Source: Bacteroidota bacterium
Lineage (GTDB): Bacteria; Bacteroidota; Bacteroidia; Bacteroidales; VadinHA17
DNA: 64,000 nt
Assembly: GCA_003250475.1 (NCBI GenBank)
Contig: QKGI01000048.1
Span: 196 to 64,195 of the forward strand
Reading direction: 5' to 3'
A model generated the notes under the pieces. That model was given only the letters and a program-made list of their open reading frames with translations. It was not told the DNA's origin and ran no database searches. The position numbers and the translations under genes were made by a program. This document shows positions 26,607-36,854 of this stretch, one piece after another. Positions within the stretch are counted from its first letter, which is position 1; every line of letters begins with the position of its first letter.

Positions 26607-27601
26607 TTCAGTTTATTTTTTTGTGGTATAAATACTTCAAGCAGGGTTGCCGTGCCCTGTGGTATCAGTGTCACGCTGTCGGCTGATGCCGGGATGAGGA
26701 CTGTCGTGCCGGCTTTCACCTCCTCCTGATGGCCGAAACATTCAACCACGGCCATGCTTTCTGTACATATATATATTACAAAAGAATCTGTCAGGCTGTA
26801 GTCTTTTATCACAGGCCTGTCGAACCTGATGATACTTGTACGGAAGTATGGGCATTCGGCAAGCAGTGTCGTGGTGTTGATCCCGGGCGAGTTCCTTGTC
26901 AGGTTTGCGCTGTCAAGTCCGAAATTAATGGCGTCAAGAGCCAGGGTTGTGTGCATCTCACGTGGCTTTCCGGATTGATCCAGCCGGTTCCAGTCGTATA
27001 TGCGATAGGTCACATCGGAGGTCTGCTGAATCTCTGCCAGTATGACTCCGGCACCGATGGCATGAACCATTCCTGCCGGAATGAAAAAGACATCACCGCG
27101 TGCTACAGGGGTGATGTTGATGAGTTCATCAAGTCTCTCCTCAGCCAGGTACTTAAGGTATTCCTCCCTGGTGGTCTTCTTCCTGAATCCTGTATAGATA
27201 ACAGCTCCCGGCTCTGCATCGATGACATACCACATCTCAGTCTTGCCCCATGCGTGGTGTCTCTCCGCGGACAGCCTGTCGTCAGGATGGACCTGTATCG
27301 ACAGTTTGTCCCTGGCATCAATGAACTTGATCAGCAGGGGGAACTCGTTTCCGTACTTCTCATATACCGAATCACCTACGAGGTCACCCATGTACACTTC
27401 CGTTATCTCCTCCAGTGTGTTTCCCTTGAGAAAGCCATTAGCTGCAACAGAGGCTGAACCCGGCATGCCGCTTATCTCCCAGCTCTCTCCGACAGTGGTG
27501 CTGCTTAAGGCCTTCTTGCCGAAACGTTCGCGCAGGGCACTGCCACCCCACAGGGTCTCTTTTAAAACAGGCCTGAAGCGTATAGGGTAGAGTGAACTCA
27601 T
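26603..27601 (-). CDS. manA: type I phosphomannose isomerase (mannose-6-phosphate isomerase)
   Basis: PIRF.P...E..WGG, LSIQVHPDD, GKTEMWY and AGMVHAIG cupin motifs. Confidence 0.75.
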   Translation of the reverse strand: MSSLYPIRFRPVLKETLWGGSALRERFGKKALSSTTVGESWEISGMPGSASVAANGFLKGNTLEEITEVYMGDLVGDSVYEKYGNEFPLLIKFIDARDKLSIQVHPDDRLSAERHHAWGKTEMWYVIDAEPGAVIYTGFRKKTTREEYLKYLAEERLDELINITPVARGDVFFIPAGMVHAIGAGVILAEIQQTSDVTYRIYDWNRLDQSGKPREMHTTLALDAINFGLDSANLTRNSPGINTTTLLAECPYFRTSIIRFDRPVIKDYSLTDSFVIYICTESMAVVECFGHQEEVKAGTTVLIPASADSVTLIPQGTATLLEVFIPQKNKLK

Positions 27602-27603
27602 GG

Positions 27604-27906
27604 TCAGAAATTATAGTCGATAACGATTTTTGCCTTTTTGATCCCTGATGCAGCAATGACAGCCTCCCGGTGCGGGTCACTGTTCTGGTAGCGCTTAAGA
27701 TCCTCCACAGAGGCAAAGGTGGCGTCAATGACAAAGTCCCCGGAATGATCATCATCATGGATGTTAATCCCAGTCCTGTATTCAATGACGTATTTGAGTT
27801 TGTTACCTACCGGCCCGAATACCTCCTTAAGTTTACGGACCGATTTTGCCCTTTCTTCCGGGGTGCACGGCGGAGTGAGCTTAAAGATCACGATATGTTT
27901 TACCAT
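27604..27906 (-). CDS. Dabb (stress-responsive alpha/beta barrel) family protein
   Basis: 100 aa. MVKHIVIFKL...Y..H..H pattern of Dabb domains. Confidence 0.7.
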   Translation of the reverse strand: MVKHIVIFKLTPPCTPEERAKSVRKLKEVFGPVGNKLKYVIEYRTGINIHDDDHSGDFVIDATFASVEDLKRYQNSDPHREAVIAASGIKKAKIVIDYNF

Positions 27907-27919
27907 ACAGAAATTTTGC

Positions 27920-27927
27920 TACTTTTG
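27920..27927 (+). promoter_or_regulatory. -7 promoter box (TActTTTG) for udk
   Basis: Matches TAnnTTTG, 19 nt upstream of the udk ATG. Confidence 0.45.
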
Positions 27928-27946
27928 ATACAAAAATAATCATTTT

Positions 27947-28555
27947 ATGCTTACTGTCGGGATTGCCGGAGGCACAGGATCGGGAAAGACTACTGTTGTA
28001 AGAAAGCTTATAGATATGTTGCCTCCGGGTGAGGTGGTCATATTGCCGCAGGACAGTTACTATCGTGATAACAGCCATATACCTGTTGAAGAAAGGCAGA
28101 ACATAAACTTTGACCATCCTGATTCAGTGGAATGGTCGCTGCTTATGGAACACCTCTCTGAGCTGAAGGCAGGCAGACCGATAGCGATGCCCATCTATTC
28201 GTACCTCACCTGTGTAAGGTCCCCGGAGACCATCCCGATAAAGCCTGCCGAGGTGGTTGTCGTCGAAGGTATCCTTGTTCTTGCCGACCCCGGTTTGCGT
28301 TCCATGCTTGACATAAAGGTATTCGTTGATGCTGATGCAGATGACAGGCTGGGGCGGGTGATCCAGCGCGACATAGTTGAGAGGGGCCGCTCGGTTCTTA
28401 TGGTGCTTGAACGTTACAACAGGACTGTCAAGCCGTCACACCTGCAGTTCATTGAGCCGTCAAAGAGATATGCCGATATTATTATCCCGGGGGGAGGGGA
28501 GAATCTTGTTGGGATCGAAGTCCTGAAGACAATAGTCGAAAAACACCTTGTGTAA
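27947..28555 (+). CDS. udk: uridine kinase
   Basis: P-loop GIAGGTGSGKTT, NFDHPD, RDIVERGRS. Confidence 0.9.
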   Translation: MLTVGIAGGTGSGKTTVVRKLIDMLPPGEVVILPQDSYYRDNSHIPVEERQNINFDHPDSVEWSLLMEHLSELKAGRPIAMPIYSYLTCVRSPETIPIKPAEVVVVEGILVLADPGLRSMLDIKVFVDADADDRLGRVIQRDIVERGRSVLMVLERYNRTVKPSHLQFIEPSKRYADIIIPGGGENLVGIEVLKTIVEKHLV

Positions 28556-28563
28556 CCTGGCAA

Positions 28564-29283
28564 TCAGTTTTTTCTCAGTTCACGCAGGTACATCTGGATG
28601 GTATTTTCCAGGCCAAAATAGAGCGCCTCTGAAATAAGAGCATGGCCTATAGACACCTCCATCAGCCATGGTATGTTACTATGCAGCCAGGCCAGGTTGT
28701 TAAGGTCAAGGTCATGGCCTGCATTGATTCCCAGCCTGGCCTCACGCGCGACCTCAGCTGCCATGACGAAAGGAGCCACGGCTGCCTGCCTGTCACTGCC
28801 ATAAGCCGAGGCATAGGGCTCAGTGTAAAGCTCAATGCGATCGGTACCGGTACGGGCAGCATATTCGATCATCACCGGGTCGGTGCCTGTGAAGATGGAG
28901 GTACGGATACCCTTTTCATGAAAACCGGCAATCACCTCAGTGAGGAATGACAGGTGAGTCCTCGTGTCCCACCCCGAGTTGGAGGTGATAGCGTCATGGG
29001 TATCAGGAACCAGCGTCACCTGATCGGGAAGGACATCCAGCACCAGTTTTATAAACTTCTCCTCCGGATTACCCTCTATATTGAATTCGGTGGTGACAAT
29101 ATCCCTGATCTCATAAACATCACTGTATCTGATATGTCTCTCATCAGGCCGGGGGTGAACCGTTATGCCCTCGGCACCAAAAGCCTGGCATTTTATTGCT
29201 GCCAGCCTTACATCAGGGACGTTGCCACCCCTTGCGTTCCGGAGGGTGGCTATCTTATTTATGTTTACACTCAATCTTGTCAT
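28564..29283 (-). CDS. pdxJ: pyridoxine 5'-phosphate synthase
   Basis: [43 protein letters not shown]. Confidence 0.92.
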   Translation of the reverse strand: MTRLSVNINKIATLRNARGGNVPDVRLAAIKCQAFGAEGITVHPRPDERHIRYSDVYEIRDIVTTEFNIEGNPEEKFIKLVLDVLPDQVTLVPDTHDAITSNSGWDTRTHLSFLTEVIAGFHEKGIRTSIFTGTDPVMIEYAARTGTDRIELYTEPYASAYGSDRQAAVAPFVMAAEVAREARLGINAGHDLDLNNLAWLHSNIPWLMEVSIGHALISEALYFGLENTIQMYLRELRKN

Positions 29284-29306
29284 GGTTTAACCGTTGTATG
29301 AATGTG

Positions 29307-29314
29307 CAAAGTTA
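29307..29314 (-). promoter_or_regulatory. -7 promoter box (TAacTTTG) for pdxJ
   Basis: Reverse complement reads TAACTTTGCAC, 23 nt upstream of the pdxJ ATG. Confidence 0.45.
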
Positions 29315-29362
29315 TAATGATCCGTAGTTTTTTGTACTTTTAATCGCTAAATGAGTGAATGA

Positions 29363-30028
29363 ATGCTTGCCAGAGAGATGATATCAGATGTGGTCCCTGC
29401 CCTGAAAACATCAGATACAGCGCAGACTGCCCTTAACTGGATGGAGATATTCAGGGTATCGCATCTGCCTATTGTGAATGAGGCAGACTATCTCGGCCTT
29501 ATCTCTGACAGCGATATCTATGACCTGAACCAGCCTGAAGAACCTATCGGGAACCATTCTCTCTCACTGCCACGCCCCTCTGTCAGGGGAACCACCCATA
29601 TATATGAGGTGCTGGCACTGGCTGCCAGGCACAAACTGACCGTCGTGCCGGTGGTTGATGATGAGAACCTCTTCAGAGGTGTCATTACCTATAACGAGCT
29701 TATTAACGGACTCGCTTCCATCTCATCCGTTGACCAGCCCGGAGGGTTGATAATTTTACAGGTGCTGCAGCGCGATTATTCGATGAGTCGTATCTCGCAG
29801 ATCGTTGAAAGTAATGACGCCAGGATACTGAGCATGCATATCACCTCTAACCCTGACTCCACAAGTCTCGAGATAACCCTCAAGGTCAATACCTCGGATC
29901 TTGCCTCTATTATCCGTACATTTGAAAGATATTCATATGAGGTAACCACCTGGGTGACAGACGATGATGAGATGGATCGCTACTATACTGACAGGTACAA
30001 CCTGCTCATGAAGTATCTCAACATGTAA
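29363..30028 (+). CDS. CBS domain-containing protein
   Basis: CBS pair (HLPIVNEADYLGLISDSDI; VVPVVDDENLFRGVITYNEL) plus an ACT-like C-terminal part. Confidence 0.7.
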   Translation: MLAREMISDVVPALKTSDTAQTALNWMEIFRVSHLPIVNEADYLGLISDSDIYDLNQPEEPIGNHSLSLPRPSVRGTTHIYEVLALAARHKLTVVPVVDDENLFRGVITYNELINGLASISSVDQPGGLIILQVLQRDYSMSRISQIVESNDARILSMHITSNPDSTSLEITLKVNTSDLASIIRTFERYSYEVTTWVTDDDEMDRYYTDRYNLLMKYLNM

Positions 30029-30040
30029 CATCCTACCCTG

Positions 30041-30919
30041 ATGGACAGAACGATAGCTCTTTACAGCAAGGGTCTTACCGAGAAGACCATGGCCGGACTG
30101 CTGCGGCTCATTGATGCCCTTCATGCCCGGGGGATCACCATCTACCTCAACATCATGGAGCCTAACGGAAACCATTTCAGGGCTGATTCCAGGGTCATCC
30201 TCTTCAATGAGATATCAGAGCTGCCTGCTGATGTATATATGATAATGAGCGTGGGTGGTGACGGCACCTTCCTTGAAACAGCCATGAGGGTACGTTCAAC
30301 CGGCATACCGGTGGCAGGGATAAACACAGGCAGGCTGGGCTTCCTTGCCAACATACCCGACGATGATATAGGAAGGTCGATAGATCTTCTCTGCTCCGGC
30401 AACTTTGAGGTTATAAGCCGCACAATGCTCGAGATCGTATCTCCTGAAGGTCTGTTTAGTTCACGTAATTCAATGGCTCTCAATGAGGTAACCGTACAGA
30501 AGAGTGACCAGAGCATGATCACAATCACTGTCAGGGTAAATGACATTTTCCTTAATACATACCGGGCTGACGGACTGATAATCTCTTCAGCTACCGGGTC
30601 AACAGCCTATAATCTGAGTGTTGGCGGGCCGATCTTATCACCCACGGATGAGAGCATCATCATTGTCCCTATGTCACCACATAATCTTACGGTCAGGCCT
30701 ATCATCGTCACCGGCGGCAGCACCATCACCCTGGAGACAGGAGGGAGGAGCAGCGAGTGCCTGCTGACATGCGATTCAAAGGCTGTAAGAATACCGACAG
30801 GCACCCTTGCCGAGGTGCGTCAGGCATCTTCCAGGCTGAAGACAGTAACAACCCCGGGAAACGATTTCTTCAGCACTCTGAGGAATAAGCTGATGTGGGG
30901 TGCCGACCCCCGTAACTGA
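30041..30919 (+). CDS. nadK: NAD(+) kinase
   Basis: GGDGT motif (SVGGDGTFL), GINTGRLGFL, DGLIISSATGSTAYNLS. Confidence 0.88.
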   Translation: MDRTIALYSKGLTEKTMAGLLRLIDALHARGITIYLNIMEPNGNHFRADSRVILFNEISELPADVYMIMSVGGDGTFLETAMRVRSTGIPVAGINTGRLGFLANIPDDDIGRSIDLLCSGNFEVISRTMLEIVSPEGLFSSRNSMALNEVTVQKSDQSMITITVRVNDIFLNTYRADGLIISSATGSTAYNLSVGGPILSPTDESIIIVPMSPHNLTVRPIIVTGGSTITLETGGRSSECLLTCDSKAVRIPTGTLAEVRQASSRLKTVTTPGNDFFSTLRNKLMWGADPRN

Positions 30920-30962
30920 CAATAATTAAGGAATATTTAAGTTTTTAATATTATACATTCCT

Positions 30963-30970
30963 TATATTTG
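30963..30970 (+). promoter_or_regulatory. -7 promoter box (TAtaTTTG)
   Basis: TATATTTGTAG 23 nt upstream of the ATG at 30994. Confidence 0.45.
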
Positions 30971-30993
30971 TAGCCTGAACTGCAAGATGACTG

Positions 30994-31773
30994 ATGATTA
31001 AACGTCCGATACTGGTGTGTATGGTGGTGCTCCTTTCTGCACCATTCGCGTCTGCACAGCTGTGGAAGATGAAAAGATATGAAGCCACCGCCGCTCTGGG
31101 TACATCACAGTTTTATGGTGACATAGGAGGCTTCACTATCGGGGAAAACGCCCTGGGGCTGAAGGATATGACATTCAAACAGACCCGTTTCAGCGTTAAC
31201 GGATCATTCAGGTATTTTATTACTGATAACATAGCCGCCCGCCTGTCTCTCTCATACGTAATGCTTCATGCCACCGACATGAGAGGTTCGAATGACGATA
31301 CCAGGCAATATGAATCCAGCACCTCACTCTTTGAGCCGGCACTGCTGGGGGAATATTATTTCGTTAGAAACCGTGAACGCAACAGTTTCCTCTTTCAGAC
31401 CTACAGGGGCAGGATAAGGAACAGGACCAAGGATTTCTTCAGGAGTCTGGATGTATATGTTGTTGCGGGAATAGGGGGAGCGGGCTTCAATGTATATAAG
31501 GGCAATGACAGGCTGGAGGCCAAATGGGCCTCAGACGAGACACTCAAGAGGAGGGGGTTCGCAGCGGTGATACCGGCGGGAGCAGGGGTTAAGCTTGCCA
31601 TAGACCCCAATATCCTTGTCGGGATAGAAATGATGGGCAGGTATGCCTTTTCAGATTACCTTGACGGTTACACTTCACAGTGGTCAAGAAGAAACGATGT
31701 CTATCATACCTTCAGCTTAACATTTAACTACAGGATCAAGACAGGGAGGAACGGTCTCCCCCTGTTCAGGTGA
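30994..31773 (+). CDS. outer-membrane beta-barrel protein (DUF6089-like)
   Basis: Signal peptide, alternating amphipathic strands, aromatic C-terminus. Conserved position between nadK and uppS in Bacteroidota. Confidence 0.55.
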   Translation: MIKRPILVCMVVLLSAPFASAQLWKMKRYEATAALGTSQFYGDIGGFTIGENALGLKDMTFKQTRFSVNGSFRYFITDNIAARLSLSYVMLHATDMRGSNDDTRQYESSTSLFEPALLGEYYFVRNRERNSFLFQTYRGRIRNRTKDFFRSLDVYVVAGIGGAGFNVYKGNDRLEAKWASDETLKRRGFAAVIPAGAGVKLAIDPNILVGIEMMGRYAFSDYLDGYTSQWSRRNDVYHTFSLTFNYRIKTGRNGLPLFR

Positions 31774-31774
31774 T

Positions 31775-32437
31775 ATGCCAATGACCCGGAGAATGAAAAA
31801 AGTACTGATAACCATAATACTGACCTTAACCGCGCTGTCTCTCTTTTCCCAGCGGAACGCTGACTATGGCGTCTCTGCAGGAGTGGTGACATACCTTGGA
31901 GAGAAGAACCCTCTTAATGTTCTCTACAGGCCGGGTCCGGCAGCCCAGATCTTCTACAGGTACAACTTCAACCCCAGGCAGGCTGTCAGGGCAAACCTTC
32001 TCGGAGGTTACCTTATGCCCCTCGGTTCATTCCTCGGGGAACTTGGGGCAACATATGAATTCAACTTCTTCCCCTACTCCACCTTCCGGAGCAGGCACGT
32101 TGACTATACACCCTACATCGCCGGCGGCGCCGCCCTGTCATTAATGAACACTGCCGGTCCCTTTCTGTCTATTCCATTCTCTGCCGGTTTCAAAGTAAAC
32201 GTGGCAAACCACGTCGGCGTTGAAATCGAATATGGATTCCGTAAAACTTTTACTGATAAAATGGACGGCCTTTTTGAAATAACAGACCCCGGGGGTGCTC
32301 CGGTGGATCACTCAAGGATCCATAATAACGACTGGTACAGCTTTATCGGGGTCTCCGTAACATGGAAAATGTACAACCAGCTTGTTGGCTGTCCTGCTTT
32401 TGCAGAAATTGGAAAAGATAAAAAAAGAAGGAGATAA
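31775..32437 (+). CDS. outer-membrane beta-barrel protein (DUF6089-like paralogue)
   Basis: Signal peptide (MKKVLITIILTLTALSLFSQ; alternative ATG at 31793) and beta-barrel strand pattern. Paralogous to the preceding gene. Confidence 0.55.
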   Translation: MPMTRRMKKVLITIILTLTALSLFSQRNADYGVSAGVVTYLGEKNPLNVLYRPGPAAQIFYRYNFNPRQAVRANLLGGYLMPLGSFLGELGATYEFNFFPYSTFRSRHVDYTPYIAGGAALSLMNTAGPFLSIPFSAGFKVNVANHVGVEIEYGFRKTFTDKMDGLFEITDPGGAPVDHSRIHNNDWYSFIGVSVTWKMYNQLVGCPAFAEIGKDKKRRR

Positions 32438-32443
32438 TCAACA

Positions 32444-33193
32444 TTGGCATTTAAGGATCAGATAGATATAAACAAGCTGCCAGGGCATGTTGCTGTTATT
32501 ATGGATGGCAACGGTCGCTGGGCACGCAGGAGAGGCAGGGAGAGGGTCTACGGCCATCATCAGGGCGTTAAGGCCGTGCGCAGAACAATAGAGGCGGCGG
32601 CTGAGATCGGCATCAAATACCTTACCCTCTACGCATTTTCAACAGAAAACTGGAACAGGCCTGATGAGGAGGTGACCGCCCTGATGGACCTCATGGTTGA
32701 CTCAATAAATAATGAGACACACACTCTCGTTGAGAAAAAGATATCACTTAAGGTCATCGGAGACCTTGACCGCCTGTCTGCTGATGTCAGGAACAGGCTG
32801 AATGAGACGATGAAGATCACCTCACCAGGTACCCGCATGAAACTGATAGTGGCTCTAAGCTACTCTTCCAGGTGGGAGATATCGGAAGCATGCCGCCGGA
32901 TTGCAGTGGCGGTAAAAGAGGGCCGTATCAGGGAAGAAGATATCGATGAGAAAACAATCAGCGCCAGCCTGGCAACCTCCGACATACCCGATCCGGAACT
33001 GATGATAAGAACCAGCGGAGAGAAACGCATCAGCAACTTCCTGCTGTGGCAGCTGGCATATACTGAACTTTATTTTACAGAGAAACTTTGGCCCGATTTT
33101 GGTAAGCAGGACTTTTACAAGGCAGTGGCAGACTACCAGAAAAGGGAAAGGAGATATGGTAAGACCAGTGAACAGATCACTGATAACAGATGA
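32444..33193 (+). CDS. uppS: isoprenyl transferase (undecaprenyl diphosphate synthase)
   Basis: HVAVIMDGNGRWA, YAFSTENW..RP, RTSGE.R.SNFLLWQ.AY.E. TTG start. Confidence 0.92.
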   Translation: MAFKDQIDINKLPGHVAVIMDGNGRWARRRGRERVYGHHQGVKAVRRTIEAAAEIGIKYLTLYAFSTENWNRPDEEVTALMDLMVDSINNETHTLVEKKISLKVIGDLDRLSADVRNRLNETMKITSPGTRMKLIVALSYSSRWEISEACRRIAVAVKEGRIREEDIDEKTISASLATSDIPDPELMIRTSGEKRISNFLLWQLAYTELYFTEKLWPDFGKQDFYKAVADYQKRERRYGKTSEQITDNR

Positions 33194-33194
33194 G

Positions 33195-35702
33195 ATGATG
33201 AAAGAAAAACCTATGCGGATACTTTGCTTTTTTGCTTTATTGATGACGGGATTGATTGCCACAGCCCAGACAGAGGATAAATATGTCAGTTACACTTACC
33301 CTGATGAATATACTATTGCCGGGATCACCGTCTCCGGAGTGAAATTCCTTGAGCCGAATGCCTTGATAGGTATCTCCGGACTACGTATCGGACAGAAGGT
33401 GGAGATACCGGGCGAACTGATAACTGCTGCCGTAAGGAAACTGTGGGATCAGGGGCTCTTTTCCGACGTGAAGATCACTGTCACCGGCAAAGAGGAAGAA
33501 AACATATGGCTTGATATATTCCTCCAGGAACGGCCAAGGTTGTCGGCCCTGAAGTTTGAAGGGATAAGAAAATCTGAGGAGACAGACCTGGCTGAGAAGC
33601 TGAGCCTCCCGAACGGTTCCCAGGTGACAGCCCACCTGCTTAACAGGGCCGAGCGCACGATCAAGGACCATTACATTGAGAAAGGCTTCCTGAATACCGA
33701 GGTGGATATCGTTCAGAAAGATGATCCCGATATGCCCAACAATGTCATCCTGAACATCATCGTGAACAAGAATGAAAAGGTCAAGATAGAGCAGATCCGG
33801 TTTGAGGGAAACACCTTCTTTGAGGACAAGCGCCTGAGGCGTGTCATGAAGAACACCAAGCAGAAAGACCTGAATATCTTCAAGGGATCAAAGTTTATTG
33901 AGGACAAGTTCAAGGAAGACCGCACCAGTCTGGTCGATTTCTATAATGAGAACGGCTTCCGTGATTTCCGCATCATGGGCGACTCCACCTACACAATGGA
34001 GGATGGTAAGATGGCTCTTGTGATAAAGGTTAATGAGGGTAGCCAGTATTACCTCAGGAACGTTGACTGGGTTGGGAACAGCATTTACACAAAAGACCAG
34101 CTTAATGCTGTCTTTAACTTCCCCAGTGGAGGAGTATACAACCAGACAATGATTGACAAGAGGCTGTCTGTCGATGACGATGCCGTGAACTCGCTGTATC
34201 TGAACTACGGATATCTTTTTTCCAGGCTGACACCTGTGGAGAAGAATGTAGAGGGAGATTCCATTGACCTGGAGGTCCGGATATTTGAAGGTGACCCGGC
34301 CAACCTTAACAACGTTGTCATCAGCGGTAATACGCGTACCAATGAACATGTGGCACGGCGTGAACTCTATACCCTTCCCGGGGACCTGTTCAGCAAGGAG
34401 AACATAATACGGTCAGTAAGACAGGTTGCTGTCCTTGGGCACTTTGACCCTGAGAAGATCAACCCGCAGCCCATCCCTGATCAGATAAACGGTACCGTTG
34501 ACCTGCTTTATGAACTTGAGGAGAAGGCCAATGACCAGTTCGAGATATCGGGAGGCTGGGGCGCCGGCATGCTTGTGGGTACCATAGGTGTCAGGTTCAA
34601 TAACTTCGCAATACGTAATTTCTTCAAGTGGAATGAGTGGAGACCTTATCCTTCGGGTGACGGACAGTCGCTGCAGATACGTGCCCAGTCGAACGGACGT
34701 GTATACCAGTCGTATAATGTCTCGTTCATAGAGCCGTGGCTTGGGGGCAAGAAGCCAAACACGCTCTCCATCTCGGCATTCCGGTCATTGATGACCAACG
34801 GATCCAAGAAAGGCGAAGACGACAGGCAGTCAATGATCATCGATGGCGCTTCCATCGGGTTCGGGAAGAGACTTGAATGGCCCGATGATTACTTCTCCGT
34901 TTATTATGAAGCCAGTTACCAGAGATACAGCCTGAATAAGTACAACTATTACCAGTTCCTCTTCACCGACGGCGATGCCAATCTTGCTTCGCTCACTGCC
35001 AGGATCACCAGGTTCTCCGCGGGTCCCAACACGATCTTCCCGCGCAGCGGATCTACCTTTACTCTGTCGCTGCAGGCCACCCCGCCCTTCTCAGCTATCA
35101 GCGGCAAAGACATGTCAAATGTCTCTGACGAGGAGAAGTACAAGTGGATTGAGTATTACAAGGCGGTTTTTAAGGCGGACTACTACGTGCCCCTCACCAC
35201 AGACCAGAAGCTCATCCTGAATGCCAAGGCAGCCTTTGGATACCTGGGCTTTTACAACAAGGACATAGGCCCATCACCTTTTGAAAACTTTTATGTCGGT
35301 GGTGATGGCATGACCGGATACAGCTTCTATGGCCGGGAAGTGATTGCACTCAGGGGTTACACCAATGGTTCGCTGACGCCTAGGATAGTAAAGGATTCAA
35401 GGACCATCGAGGTTGGTAACGTCTACTCCAAACTGACGCTTGAGCTCAGGTACCCGATCTCTCTCAATCCCCAGGCTACCATCTATGGTCTCGCATTCCT
35501 TGAAGCCGGGAGAGCATGGTACAGTATAAGCGAATTCAACCCATTCAGGATGAATCGCTCGGCAGGCATAGGCCTCAGGGCAAACCTGCCTATGTTCGGC
35601 CTCCTCGGTATCGACTGGGGCTACGGATTTGACACACCGGTTACCGGCAGTGCAGACGACGCCGGGAGCCAGTTCCATTTCGTAATAGGTCAGCAATTCT
35701 GA
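33195..35702 (+). CDS. bamA: outer membrane protein assembly factor BamA
   Basis: Signal peptide from the ATG at 33195 (2 nt after the uppS stop). Five POTRA-like repeats and a C-terminal Omp85 barrel. The tracked ORF start at 33099 lies inside uppS. Confidence 0.9.
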   Translation: MMKEKPMRILCFFALLMTGLIATAQTEDKYVSYTYPDEYTIAGITVSGVKFLEPNALIGISGLRIGQKVEIPGELITAAVRKLWDQGLFSDVKITVTGKEEENIWLDIFLQERPRLSALKFEGIRKSEETDLAEKLSLPNGSQVTAHLLNRAERTIKDHYIEKGFLNTEVDIVQKDDPDMPNNVILNIIVNKNEKVKIEQIRFEGNTFFEDKRLRRVMKNTKQKDLNIFKGSKFIEDKFKEDRTSLVDFYNENGFRDFRIMGDSTYTMEDGKMALVIKVNEGSQYYLRNVDWVGNSIYTKDQLNAVFNFPSGGVYNQTMIDKRLSVDDDAVNSLYLNYGYLFSRLTPVEKNVEGDSIDLEVRIFEGDPANLNNVVISGNTRTNEHVARRELYTLPGDLFSKENIIRSVRQVAVLGHFDPEKINPQPIPDQINGTVDLLYELEEKANDQFEISGGWGAGMLVGTIGVRFNNFAIRNFFKWNEWRPYPSGDGQSLQIRAQSNGRVYQSYNVSFIEPWLGGKKPNTLSISAFRSLMTNGSKKGEDDRQSMIIDGASIGFGKRLEWPDDYFSVYYEASYQRYSLNKYNYYQFLFTDGDANLASLTARITRFSAGPNTIFPRSGSTFTLSLQATPPFSAISGKDMSNVSDEEKYKWIEYYKAVFKADYYVPLTTDQKLILNAKAAFGYLGFYNKDIGPSPFENFYVGGDGMTGYSFYGREVIALRGYTNGSLTPRIVKDSRTIEVGNVYSKLTLELRYPISLNPQATIYGLAFLEAGRAWYSISEFNPFRMNRSAGIGLRANLPMFGLLGIDWGYGFDTPVTGSADDAGSQFHFVIGQQF

Positions 35703-35727
35703 ACAATCAACAATCAAATAAAACGCT

Positions 35728-36243
35728 ATGAAGAAGATCATTATCATGACAGTAATCGTGCTTGCCGGAACACTCAGCGGTATGGCACAGAAGTTTGCTT
35801 TTGTAGACAGCGAGTATATAAGGAACAATATACCTGCCTTTACTGCGGCACAGCAGCAGCTTGACAAGCTCTCTGAAGGATGGGAGAAAGAGGTGGCTGA
35901 CGGTTATGCTGTCGTTGAACAGATGTATAAGGATTATCAGGCAGAGGTGGTGCTTCTCTCACAGGACCAGAAGAAAAAGAGGGAAGAGGCGATCATTGCC
36001 AGGGAGAAAGAGGTAAAGGATCTGCAGAATACCTATTTCGGGATGGAAGGCGAGCTCTACAAGAAGCGTGAGGAGCTGGTCAAACCTATCCAGGATGAGA
36101 TACTTAAAGCTATCAAGGAGATATCTGTTGAAGGCAGCTATGCCGTTATCTTCGATACCTCAGCAGGGTCAAACATACTTTTCGCCAATCCCAGGTACGA
36201 TCTTTCCGATCAGGTGCTGCAGAAACTCGGTTATAAGAATTAA
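35728..36243 (+). CDS. OmpH/Skp family periplasmic chaperone
   Basis: Signal peptide, QKFAFVDSEYI start, coiled-coil core. Follows bamA. Confidence 0.8.
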   Translation: MKKIIIMTVIVLAGTLSGMAQKFAFVDSEYIRNNIPAFTAAQQQLDKLSEGWEKEVADGYAVVEQMYKDYQAEVVLLSQDQKKKREEAIIAREKEVKDLQNTYFGMEGELYKKREELVKPIQDEILKAIKEISVEGSYAVIFDTSAGSNILFANPRYDLSDQVLQKLGYKN

Positions 36244-36248
36244 ATAAT

Positions 36249-36256
36249 TACATTTG
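36249..36256 (+). promoter_or_regulatory. -7 promoter box (TAcaTTTG) for the second skp paralogue
   Basis: TACATTTGCAC 24 nt upstream of the ATG at 36281. Confidence 0.45.
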
Positions 36257-36280
36257 CACGTTTAATTGAAAAAGAAGACA

Positions 36281-36793
36281 ATGAAAAAAGTATTTGGTAT
36301 ACTCCTGTTTGCTGTACTGATCTTTACAGCACAGGATGGATTTGCACAGTCATTCAAGACAGGCCACATTAACAGGGATGAGATCATCATGGCTATGCCT
36401 TCGTATGACACCGCGATGCAAAAATATAACGCATTCGGACAGGAGCTCACAAATGCACTGGAACTGATGCAGGTCGAGTACAATAACAAGCTCGATCAGT
36501 ATGTGAAGGACAGCAAGAATCTCACCGACATCGTTAAGGCAAATAAAGAGCAGGAGCTGGGTGACATGCAGAACCGCATCAACAACTTCCAGCAGCAGGC
36601 ACAGGTGCAGCTGCAGGAAAAGCAGACGGAGCTTCTGAACCCTATCATTGAGGCGGCTACAAACGCTATCAATGCAGTGGCAAAGGAGGGAGGATTCATT
36701 TATATATATGACATCCGTACCCTGGTATATTTTGATCCTGTTAAAAGCACGGATATAGGACCCCTGGTGAAGACCAAGCTGGGGATAAAGTAA
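36281..36793 (+). CDS. OmpH/Skp family periplasmic chaperone (second paralogue)
   Basis: Signal peptide MKKVFGILLFAVLIFTAQ, then a coiled-coil OmpH pattern. Confidence 0.8.
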   Translation: MKKVFGILLFAVLIFTAQDGFAQSFKTGHINRDEIIMAMPSYDTAMQKYNAFGQELTNALELMQVEYNNKLDQYVKDSKNLTDIVKANKEQELGDMQNRINNFQQQAQVQLQEKQTELLNPIIEAATNAINAVAKEGGFIYIYDIRTLVYFDPVKSTDIGPLVKTKLGIK

Positions 36794-36814
36794 CTGAAAG
36801 CAAAAGAACTTGTG

Positions 36815-36845
36815 CTGCCCGCCACACGGCGGGCAGTCTTTCTAT
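36815..36845 (+). terminator. intrinsic terminator after the skp genes
   Basis: 9-bp GC stem CTGCCCGCC / GGCGGGCAG, ACAC loop, then a T-rich tail TCTTTCT. Confidence 0.65.
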
Positions 36846-36854
36846 TAGAACGTA

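Noticed and set aside
31285-31293. GGTTCGAAT, a T-arm-like tRNA signature.
   Set aside because: It lies inside a well-supported CDS (30994..31773) with no acceptor or anticodon arm pairing around it. I found no tRNA genes in the window.
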